Assembly (NCBI GenBank): GCA_043801585.1
Contig: JAZDLX010000084.1
Coordinates: 1-22,725 of the forward strand
Length of the DNA stretch: 22,725 nucleotides
Direction of reading: 5' to 3'
From: a bacterium
GTDB lineage: Bacteria; Electryoneota; Electryoneia; Electryoneales; Electryoneaceae
Below are positions 1 to 7,285 of the stretch, one piece after another. How positions within the stretch are numbered: position 1 is the first letter of the stretch; each line of letters opens with the position of its first letter. The notes beneath the pieces were generated by a model. The model had not been told where the DNA came from, searched no databases, and was given only the letters and a program-made list of their open reading frames with translations. The translations under genes and the position numbers were made by a program.

Positions 1-81
1 TCTCGAATAAGCTACTGCTGATGCAAACCAAGCGGACAATGCAGAAACGATCAACGAAAGGATAACTGTTGAGATATCCAT
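1..81 (-). CDS. 5' end of a hypothetical membrane or secreted protein, running off the window
   Basis: ATG at 81 with SD AGGAGGGG at 85-92; open to the window edge as MDISTVILSLIVSALSAWFASAVAYSR, a hydrophobic N-terminus. Confidence 0.6.
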   Translation of the reverse strand, partial: MDISTVILSLIVSALSAWFASAVAYSR

Positions 82-201
82 CTTCCCCTCCTGGCTATTT
101 AAAATAAACAGCACCCTCATACTGGCCTACGCGGACTATCAGCAGCAACCTTCAATTCACCTCCATCTGCACCCATTTTAATATCTCCAGGAGTCGAAAA
201 T

Positions 202-230
202 TTGGGTTTTCACGTGCTGCCGGATATAAT
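202..230 (+). promoter_or_regulatory. putative sigma70 promoter
   Basis: TTGggt (202-207), 17 nt spacer, perfect TATAAT (225-230). Confidence 0.5.
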
Positions 231-306
231 TATTAGTAGATGGTCGTCGCCAGTGCGACAAAGGGTCGCCTGGGCAGTCCATCAAATCATCATGATGGAG
301 ATCGAC

Positions 307-423
307 ATGATCACAGTGGTGATCAACGTCTCCGTCGAATTGAATGTTTTCTTTTCAATTACACTCATGCTATACTTAATTGTGAAAATGATTTGGCGTT
401 TTCGACGCGAGAAGAATCGTTGA
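307..423 (+). CDS. 38-aa single-TM peptide with basic C-terminal tail
   Basis: SD GGAG at 297-300, ATG at 307; MITVVINVSVELNVFFSITLMLYLIVKMIWRFRREKNR; promoter upstream and terminator immediately downstream. Confidence 0.5.
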   Translation: MITVVINVSVELNVFFSITLMLYLIVKMIWRFRREKNR

Positions 424-462
424 CAGTGGCGGGCAGGGCTTCGGTCCTGCCCGAGCTGTTTT
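423..462 (+). terminator. intrinsic terminator with cUUCGg loop
   Basis: CGGGCAGGGC-TTCG-GTCCTGCCCG stem, extended by ACAG/CTGT and followed by TTTT, directly after the stop codon. Confidence 0.65.
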
Positions 463-489
463 GTGCCGGTTCCATCCGTTCCACCCGGA

Positions 490-715
490 CGGGTAGCCCG
501 GGTGGCTTGACCACCCGGGTTTCACATAAATGAAAGAGGTCGCATGGGCAGGAAACTGACGGGCAAGGTGATCCTCGAAGGGACACGGCTGACTCACAAG
601 ACCGGCGGGTGGCCCGGGTGGCTTGACCACCCGGGTTTCATGTACATGGAAGAGGATTCATGGGCAAAAAGCTGACGGGCAAGGTGATCCTCGAAGGGAC
701 ACGGCTGACGCACAA
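490..715 (+). repeat. two-copy tandem direct repeat, period 116 bp (REP-like palindrome plus a gene-start fragment)
   Basis: 490-599 and 606-715 align without gaps; each contains CCCGGGTGG-CTTGA-CCACCCGGG, then AGAGG...ATGGGCARRAARCTGACGGGCAAGGTGATCCTCGAAGGGACACGGCTGAC. Confidence 0.9.
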
Positions 716-722
716 ACTGAAA

Positions 723-835
723 GTGGATTCCCGCCTACGCGGGAATGACAAATAGAAGAAACCCGGACATCAATCCGCCGAGCGGCGGACAGGACTGTCC
801 GGGCCACATATTTTGTCATCCTGAACGAAGTGAAT
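723..835. repeat. cluster of REP-like palindromes (GTCA- and GTGG-ended types)
   Basis: 723-749 reads GTCATTCCCGCGTAGGCGGGAATCCAC on the minus strand; 758-807 is GTGGCCCGGACA...TGTCCGGGTTTC with an inner hairpin; 815-835 is a partial GTCATCCTGAACGAAGTGAA. Confidence 0.75.
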
Positions 836-852
836 CCCAGCGCAGAATTTGC

Positions 853-2658
853 TTACTTGATCAACACAATGCGCCGAGTGGCCTGGTCGTGGGCTGAGAC
901 CAGATGCAGGAAGTAGACGCCCGAGGACAACTGCGAAGCGTTGACCGTCGCCACGTTTTCCCCCGCCCTGCCGACACCCTCCGCGATCCGTTGCACCTCG
1001 CGCCCCTGCACGTCATAGAGCGCAAGCCGCACATTTTGCCGCGCAGGCAGGGTGTAAACCACGGTCGCCATGCCGTTGAAGGGATTCGGGTAAGTGCGTG
1101 AGATCGTGACCCGCTCGAGCAATCCGGCGAACTGAATCTCCGGCGTGTCGAAGGGGATCTCCGACTGGTAGGTGACGACAAACTCACCGCCGGTTCCCTG
1201 GGGAATCGTCAGGGTGTGAGCGGTCCCGTCGAAATCGGAATAATCCTCCTCGTCCAGCATCACCGCCGCGATCACATACATCTCATCGTCGAGGGCGATG
1301 GGTTTCATCTGCAGCGTCCTCTGCGAGTCCGCCGCCGCAATGTGGTAATGGAGAGTTACCGGATCGCCCGTGAGCATCAGTCCGCCGTAGGTGTAGACGT
1401 AGTATCCGGTCTCGATGGAGTGATAGCCCGCCTTGCCGCTACCGCCCTTCGAATCGCCCCACGCCTGTCCACCCTGCCGCATCCTGTCGGTATACACCTC
1501 GCCATACTGGTGATCGACGAAATAGCGCATAAAAAACTCGAGAGTTTCATCCGCCATCTCGAGGTAGCGGTCATCCCCCGTCAGGCGGTAGAGTTGCAGA
1601 CCTGCTGTAACTGCCTGTTCCATCTGCCACCAGGCTTTCACTCCAGCTCCATACTGCGAATCCCAGATAATTTCTTCGCCGGTTGTCCAGCGATAATCCT
1701 TGTAGGGACCGCCGTAGACATGGTCGTACCCCTTGTCCCAAACCTCCAGCACGGATTTTTCAGCCGCCGGCAACCAGATGGTATTCGGAATCACCTGCTG
1801 AAGCCTGGCGAGGCACCAACCCGTTTTGAGTACATGGCCCATCAGCGTCATTGTTTCATTGTGATTGACATTCCAGTCACTGTCGTATTCCTGAGGAAAT
1901 CCGATGGCTGAACTATCGATCCTCGCCACGAGTTGCGTAACCATCTCGTCCCCCACCTGCTCCAGACGCTCTTTGTATTTCTGATCGCCCGTCATCCGTT
2001 CGAGGGCGAGCAGGTGGGTGGTAACGGCGTCCACAGTTGCGTTGAAACTCTTGTTCCGCGGATTGCCGCCGTCGGCGTCATTCAGGTTGAAATACCCCTC
2101 ATATCCATTGCGATTATCCCAGAAGTGGTCTTCAAGATGCTGGTATCCTCTGAGCAACCAGGATCCCATCGTGCTGTCCTGGGTCGCCTCGACATAGGCG
2201 GCGATCCCGAGCAGGGCGTAGTGCTGGTAGAACGCCGTTTTGTCGCTATAACGGCTCGTAGGATTTCCGTTCTGATCGAGTTCCTGGTACCACCCGCCGT
2301 GATCGCCGTCCCAGGCATGTTCGACCATCCACAACAGGGCATCGTGTGCACGATGGAGAAACGTGGTGTCACCCGTCACCATGTAGGCACGGACAAGACC
2401 ATAGGCATTCCGGGACTGGGTGAGCATGAATTTGTCCGTTCCCCATGTGGAGCCGTCCCGCGCGACATTGGTATAGAAGCCACCAAGCTCATTGTCCCAT
2501 GAGGATTCCCAGAACGCCGCACAACTGTCCATGTAGCCAATGGCCAGCGACGGATTCTGCAGATAGGGACTTTGAACGGTGTATTGCGCAAACAGGAGTG
2601 GGGGCGTGAGGAGAGCCGTGAACAGGAATGGACAGAGTTTCGGTAGCAAGGATCTCAT
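853..2658 (-). CDS. secreted AGE-family (N-acylglucosamine/cellobiose 2-epimerase-like) protein with a T9SS/Por-tail-like C-terminal domain
   Basis: ATG 2658 with SD AGGAGG; signal peptide ending LLFA-Q; AGE-type motifs QSR, FWD...GYF, GHVLKTGW, KAWWQMEQA, GEVY, KAGYH; C-terminal YPNPFN...LYDVQGR...SSGVYFLHL...RIVLIK. Confidence 0.8.
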   Translation of the reverse strand: MRSLLPKLCPFLFTALLTPPLLFAQYTVQSPYLQNPSLAIGYMDSCAAFWESSWDNELGGFYTNVARDGSTWGTDKFMLTQSRNAYGLVRAYMVTGDTTFLHRAHDALLWMVEHAWDGDHGGWYQELDQNGNPTSRYSDKTAFYQHYALLGIAAYVEATQDSTMGSWLLRGYQHLEDHFWDNRNGYEGYFNLNDADGGNPRNKSFNATVDAVTTHLLALERMTGDQKYKERLEQVGDEMVTQLVARIDSSAIGFPQEYDSDWNVNHNETMTLMGHVLKTGWCLARLQQVIPNTIWLPAAEKSVLEVWDKGYDHVYGGPYKDYRWTTGEEIIWDSQYGAGVKAWWQMEQAVTAGLQLYRLTGDDRYLEMADETLEFFMRYFVDHQYGEVYTDRMRQGGQAWGDSKGGSGKAGYHSIETGYYVYTYGGLMLTGDPVTLHYHIAAADSQRTLQMKPIALDDEMYVIAAVMLDEEDYSDFDGTAHTLTIPQGTGGEFVVTYQSEIPFDTPEIQFAGLLERVTISRTYPNPFNGMATVVYTLPARQNVRLALYDVQGREVQRIAEGVGRAGENVATVNASQLSSGVYFLHLVSAHDQATRRIVLIK

Positions 2659-2710
2659 GCGTCCTCCTGCGGACTTGGGGCTGACTATCGCTTGCTCAGA
2701 TAGCATGAAG

Positions 2711-3190
2711 AAGCCGGGTTCAGAACCGAAGCGGACTCCGTCCGCGAAGCTCACGGGCATCAAGTGCCCGCAAACCCCGGCCTATATGACTTGATGATAA
2801 ACAATGATAAGCCGGGTTCCGCCAATAGGCGGACAAGTCGGAGACCCCGGCCTACATAACTGCATTACTTTCCTATGAAACCCGGGACTAAAGTCCCGAG
2901 CCACCCTCGAACAACATCATCTCATAGATCCTTCCGCTTGCGGCGTCAGGATGACTAAAAAGGATGACGTCAGGACGACGACAAATAAAACAATGGCGCA
3001 ATCAGATACCCGATCCCGACGCTTCGGGATCGGGCCACTTGTTGTTCGTGAAACCCGGGTGGACAAGCCACCCGGGCCACCCCTCGAGATCAGGCCCCTG
3101 TTGAGTTTCAGGAAGACGAATTAAAGTAAACCCTGTTTACGCACCTGCGGTGCGTGAGCTACGCTTCGGTTGCAGGCAAACAGGGGGCAC
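2711..3190 (-). repeat. co-oriented mosaic array of about seven REP-like palindromic elements
   Basis: Elements at 2711-2785 and 2809-2855 (RTAGGCCGGGG...CCCGGC), 2876-2906, 3008-3038 and 3049-3083 (GTGGC-ended), 2926-2955 (GTCATCCTGA...AGGATCT) and 3128-3190 (GTGCCCCCTGTTT...AAACAGGG). 3049-3083 is a near-exact inverted copy of 606-640. Confidence 0.8.
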
Positions 3191-3198
3191 ATAACAAT

Positions 3199-4275
3199 TC
3201 AGCGAATCACATTTCCAGTCTCAGTATCGAAAAGGTGCGCCCTCTTGGGGTCGAAGCGCAATTCGATCGCCCCGCCGATTTTGTACTTCGTGTCAGCGGC
3301 GACACGGGCAACGATTTTTCCCCGCCCCGTGGTGATGTGCAGGTAGGTTTCACTCCCAAGTGTCTCGGCGATCTCCACCGTTCCGACAATCTGCCCCATG
3401 CCCCGTTTACCCTTGCCGACTTCGAGATCCTGCGGACGCACCCCGAGGATGGCGGGCATCCCGTCCTTCGCCTGTTTCCTTTGCGAGGGCGTGAGGACGT
3501 ATTCAATACTCCCGGAATTGAACTGGCCGACCTTCACCGTGCCCTCGACGAAGTTCATCGTCGGCGATCCGATGAAACCCGCGACAAAACGGTTGACAGG
3601 TTCGTTGTAGAGTTGGATAGGTGGTGCGATCTGGTGAACGAGACCATCCTTCATCACCACAATCCGTGTCCCCATCGTCATCGCCTCGACCTGATCGTGC
3701 GTGACATAGACAATGGTCGCTTCGAGGCGCTGGTGAAGCTGCATGATCTCGGCGCGCATCTGGTTGCGGAGTTTTGCATCCAGGTTGCTCAGCGGTTCAT
3801 CAAAAAGGAAGACTTTCGGTTTGCGGACAATCGCCCGGCCCAGCGCCACACGCTGGCGTTGGCCACCGGAAAGCGCCTTGGGTTTGCGGTCGAGGTAACT
3901 GGACAGCTCGAGAATCTCGGCGGCTTCCTCGACACGGCGGTCGATCTCCGCCCTGGGGAACTTTCTCAGCTTCAATCCGAACGCCATGTTCTCACGCACG
4001 GACATGTGCGGGTAAAGAGCATAGTTCTGAAAAACCATCGCGATGTCGCGGTCTTTCGGAGCAACATCGTTGATCACTTTGCCATCAATCCGGATCATTC
4101 CTTCGCTGATTTCTTCGAGACCGGCGATCATGCGCAGGGTGGTGGATTTGCCACAACCGGAGGGACCGACAAGAACCAGAAAATCCTTGTCTTCAATTTT
4201 GACGCTGACATCGTCTACAGCTCGGACGTTGCCATCAAAGATTTTCGATATGTTTTCCAAGACAACTTCAGCCAT
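3199..4275 (-). CDS. carbohydrate ABC transporter ATP-binding subunit (MalK/MsmX/UgpC family)
   Basis: Walker A GPSGCGKST, VFQNYALYPHM, signature LSGGQRQR, Walker B FLFDEPLSNLDAKLR, YVTHDQVEAMT, C-terminal TOBE-like region; SD AAGGAG. Confidence 0.95.
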   Translation of the reverse strand: MAEVVLENISKIFDGNVRAVDDVSVKIEDKDFLVLVGPSGCGKSTTLRMIAGLEEISEGMIRIDGKVINDVAPKDRDIAMVFQNYALYPHMSVRENMAFGLKLRKFPRAEIDRRVEEAAEILELSSYLDRKPKALSGGQRQRVALGRAIVRKPKVFLFDEPLSNLDAKLRNQMRAEIMQLHQRLEATIVYVTHDQVEAMTMGTRIVVMKDGLVHQIAPPIQLYNEPVNRFVAGFIGSPTMNFVEGTVKVGQFNSGSIEYVLTPSQRKQAKDGMPAILGVRPQDLEVGKGKRGMGQIVGTVEIAETLGSETYLHITTGRGKIVARVAADTKYKIGGAIELRFDPKRAHLFDTETGNVIR

Positions 4276-4381
4276 GGTGGGGCTCCTTGGATTAGAATGT
4301 CGGGTTGCGAAAAGATAGGACTATTTCCCGCCTTAAGCACACATTCTGTTCTCCCAGAAAGGTTGTCGGCGGAGAGGAGAC

Positions 4382-4416
4382 AAAATAAAAATACCCCGGT
4401 GAAATCTCCGGGGTAC
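4382..4416 (-). terminator. intrinsic terminator of the 4445-4753 gene
   Basis: Minus strand reads TACCCCGG-AGATTTCA-CCGGGGTA followed by TTTTTATTTT. Confidence 0.75.
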
Positions 4417-4444
4417 TCAACATTGTACGTTTAACTCGTCACGG

Positions 4445-4753
4445 TCAGCGCGGATTCAACCGCCATTCCTTTGAGACCGCTGGGCGATCTTTCATTTTAC
4501 CAGCATTCTTTACCAGCCCCTCACCGTCACGGTGGTCAATCACCTTCGATTTTACCTTGTCGGCATCAACGGTGGTAGTGCCCGCAACCGAACTTGCCGC
4601 TCCCGACGCCAGGCTTTGATGTGGGTCTGCATTGTCCAGGCTAAGAACATACTTCAGATACAACCACGTGCCGTAATCTGCCGCTTCCGCTTTGGTCGCG
4701 CTGAAGCTCAGCACAACAACCAGCACCATGGTCAGAATCAATATCTTCTTCAT
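4445..4753 (-). CDS. small secreted hypothetical protein (102 aa)
   Basis: SD GGAGGAAGG, ATG 4753; Sec signal MKKILILTMVLVVVLSFSATKAEA-A; terminator downstream. Confidence 0.75.
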   Translation of the reverse strand: MKKILILTMVLVVVLSFSATKAEAADYGTWLYLKYVLSLDNADPHQSLASGAASSVAGTTTVDADKVKSKVIDHRDGEGLVKNAGKMKDRPAVSKEWRLNPR

Positions 4754-4964
4754 CTTCCCTTCCTCCGAATGGTCTCCCAAGTCGAGAAGGATAGCTACAA
4801 ACCCCGTGCCAGTTTGCATGTCCTCTTCATTAAATCCTTGTATTCCTGACAAGTGGATGACCAATTCGTGGGTGAGGTCGTGATTTAGAGTCTGAAAATC
4901 TCGGCGTGATGATCTCTTTTCCATCAACCTGAAAATACGTGAGTAGCGATTTGATGCATTCAAG

Positions 4965-5357
4965 TTGTGTTCCATCGACAATTCTCTCGAAGTTCGAGAT
5001 GACGATACAAGCAATGATCGGCTGCTGCACTACTCGCTCGATCAGGATACTCTTGGGGGCGTCAGTATCTACCCCCGATGGTCCGCATGGATCATCGGCG
5101 TCGAAGGCGCGACTGACGGCGATACCTTGAGAATTTATGGGCTTGCAAATTGGATGTTCCGTTCTTTTGGCGACGGTCAGCGGGTCGAAACCGAGGCGGG
5201 TTCTTTCAACGGTTGTGTTCAACTACGATATCAGGACTATTTCAATCTTTCAGAATCAGATACCTGGATCAAACCCGGAACTGGAATCGTTCACATCGAA
5301 TCACGGTATTATCATCCCTCCGATATCCCTCGAGAGCCTCGACAAATCAGGTCTTAA
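4965..5357 (+). pseudogene. N-terminally truncated fragment of a beta-rich exported-type hypothetical protein
   Basis: Contains VETEAGSFNGC...TWIKPGTGIV, recalled as the VxVPAGxFxxC...WxAPGVGxV motif; in-frame TAG at 4944 and no SD or signal peptide. Confidence 0.45.
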
Positions 5358-5457
5358 ATCCTCACCTCTTATCATATTTTGGATTAAACACTAATAAAGG
5401 GAACTCTCTGCCAATTCCTATCTCCACCTGAACCCCGCAATTGCGGATGGAGAACAC

Positions 5458-5849
5458 GTGGCTGATCTGATTGAACCATTAAAACCTGTCCCATGTGCCA
5501 ATCCGCCTGGCAGACACCCGGTGACATGATCCAGGATCCGGAATTGGTGCTGAACGGATATCAATCCCACCTCGTCACCCCCGGCACCGGTCTGTTTCAC
5601 CTGACCCACAGACACCCAGGATGCAACACGACTATTTCAGTGCGCGTCAGCTCTTTTCGCTCCTTCTACGAAGGGCCTGTCTATTCCATCCGAAAAATGG
5701 GGCATCCAACCTGCCCCGGTTAATGCAATGACACCAACAATTTCGAGAGCTGTTCTCTCGACTGTGACCTTGGGTGGATACGAGATATCATGCAGATGTT
5801 TCAACAACACACCGTTTTTTCCACCTACCAGAACAAGCACTCCGGGTAA
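5458..5849 (+). pseudogene. disrupted Cys-rich small protein (frameshift plus internal stop)
   Basis: SD GGAG at 5449 and GTG at 5458; a frameshift near 5480 joins MADLIEP to KTCPMCQSAW...DPELVLNGYQ; TAA at 5721 interrupts TCPG*CNDTNNFESCSLDCDLGWIRDIMQM, which stays open to 5849. Confidence 0.6.
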
Positions 5850-5932
5850 TTTCCTTGAATGGCAGTAACAGAGTTCAACTTCTCTTCTGAATGGGAACGA
5901 CTTGACAGCAAGAGTTTAGCTTGTCTAATTAA

Positions 5933-6031
5933 TTGCCGTGGCAGACGTACAAACTGATGAAGGATGTGGAGGTGGAGGCGCTGTGGTTGTATATCGAAAG
6001 ACTGGAGCCTCGTCCATTCGCTGAGAACTGA
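5933..6031 (+). pseudogene. 3' remnant of a cytochrome c gene
   Basis: LPWQTYKLMKDVEVEALWLYIERLEPRPFAEN resembles the MPW...MTDxELxALWxYL C-terminal helix of class I and diheme cytochromes c; no upstream CxxCH remains. Confidence 0.5.
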
Positions 6032-6051
6032 CCCCATCAGCGGTGAAGATG

Positions 6052-6081
6052 AACCCGGAATCCTGGTGATTCCGGGTTTTT
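6052..6081 (+). terminator. intrinsic terminator
   Basis: AACCCGGAATC-CTGGT-GATTCCGGGTT followed by a T run, about 20 nt after the remnant's stop. Confidence 0.65.
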
Positions 6082-6198
6082 CCTACGGCGGGCTTGCTCT
6101 CCATCGGTCGTGCTTCGAGACCGGCTTATGCCAACCCTCGCCCATGTGTTGTGCGGTTCACACTGGAGACGTATCATCCAAGGGGGAAGGAGGCGGCC

Positions 6199-7062
6199 AT
6201 GAGCGGCAAATTGAAGGGGAAGATTGCAATCGTCACAGGAGCGACCCGAGGCATCGGCCTGGGCATCGCCCGCGGCCTCGGCGAGGCGGGAGCGACTGTG
6301 ATCGTTACCGGCCGAAGCACCTCAGGCAAACGAAACCGTGAATTGCTTCCAGGGACTGTTGAAAGCGCTTCCAGGATCGTGGAAGAAGCCGGTGGAGTTG
6401 GACGGTGGTTTGTCTGCGATCATATCAACGAGGCGGAAGTGCAGACGCTCGTGGAACGTGTCCGCGAAGAATTTGGCCGACTGGACATTCTGGTGAACTC
6501 CGCCTGGGGCGGGTATGAAGATTATGACCCCTACGGCTTTGAAACTCCCTTCTGGCAACTCGATCCGGATTACTGGGACAGGATGGTCGAGCGTGGATTG
6601 AGGATCACCTGGCGCACCAGCCGTCTGGCGGTGCCGCTGATGATCTCATCGGGTGGTGGACTGATCGTAAACCTCTCCGCCGGCGATCGAGAACTCTACC
6701 TCGGCAACCTCATCTACGATACCACCAAGAACGCTGTCGATCGAATGACCTTCGGCATGGCCACCGAACTTGGCGACCACAATATCTCGGTGGTCAGCCT
6801 GTATCCCGGGTTCACAAGAACAGAGCGTGTGATGTCCGTGTACCAGGGACCGCTGGAGATCACCGAATCCCCGCTCTACTCGGGGCGTGCGGTGGTCGCG
6901 CTGGCAACCGATCCAAAGGTGATCAGGAAAAGCGGGAAAGGGTTCAAAACGGGCGAGCTTGCACGCGAGTACACGTTTGTGGACGAAGATGGACGTCAGC
7001 CGGCGCCCTTCCACATCGACAGCCCCGAGGCCGAAATCACCCGTCCACCGGAACAGCAGTAG
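6199..7062 (+). CDS. short-chain dehydrogenase/reductase (DHRS1-like subgroup)
   Basis: SD AAGGAGG, ATG 6199; TGATRGIG, CDH, DILVNSAWGG, YxxxK (YDTTK), PGFTRTE, ESPLYSGRAV. Confidence 0.92.
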   Translation: MSGKLKGKIAIVTGATRGIGLGIARGLGEAGATVIVTGRSTSGKRNRELLPGTVESASRIVEEAGGVGRWFVCDHINEAEVQTLVERVREEFGRLDILVNSAWGGYEDYDPYGFETPFWQLDPDYWDRMVERGLRITWRTSRLAVPLMISSGGGLIVNLSAGDRELYLGNLIYDTTKNAVDRMTFGMATELGDHNISVVSLYPGFTRTERVMSVYQGPLEITESPLYSGRAVVALATDPKVIRKSGKGFKTGELAREYTFVDEDGRQPAPFHIDSPEAEITRPPEQQ

Positions 7063-7156
7063 AAACGTTCTTGTCACCGCCAGGTCTCCGTCCCGACCGT
7101 TCGGGACTAACGACCCGACGGAACAACGAATGGCAACCCGCTTGACCAGGGAACTT

Positions 7157-7243
7157 GCAGGAAAATGTACCAGGTACTTTTTATCCCGATCAGGATAATT
7201 GCTTGACCTCGCAGATGAAAATGTACCTGGTACATTTTCCTGC
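7157..7243. repeat. inverted pair of palindromic repeats between convergent genes
   Basis: GCAGGAAAATGTACCAGGTACTTT (7157-7180) pairs with GAAAATGTACCTGGTACATTTTCCTGC (7217-7243); each unit is itself palindromic. Confidence 0.8.
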
Positions 7244-7285
7244 TCGGAGCTTCCAGCGCATCCCCGGAGACAGGCCGCAATAAAA

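Noticed and set aside
490..715. CRISPR array
   Set aside because: Only two units, the inter-palindrome segments are near-identical rather than unique spacers, and no cas genes are present
2659..2763. Longer N-termini given by the ORF track (also starts at 5014, 6094, 9331, 10297 and 19382)
   Set aside because: Downstream ATGs have better SD sequences and/or place the signal peptide or first motif at the N-terminus; the 2763 extension runs through a REP element
2711..3190. CRISPR, integron attC array or structured ncRNA
   Set aside because: Units differ in sequence and length, no cassette ORFs or integrase are present, and the ends match REP-like elements found elsewhere in the window
3154..4434. 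426-aa plus-strand ORF
   Set aside because: Antisense shadow of the well-supported ABC ATPase
5721..5723. Selenocysteine or pyrrolysine recoding
   Set aside because: The codon is TAA, not TGA or TAG, and the same gene also carries a frameshift
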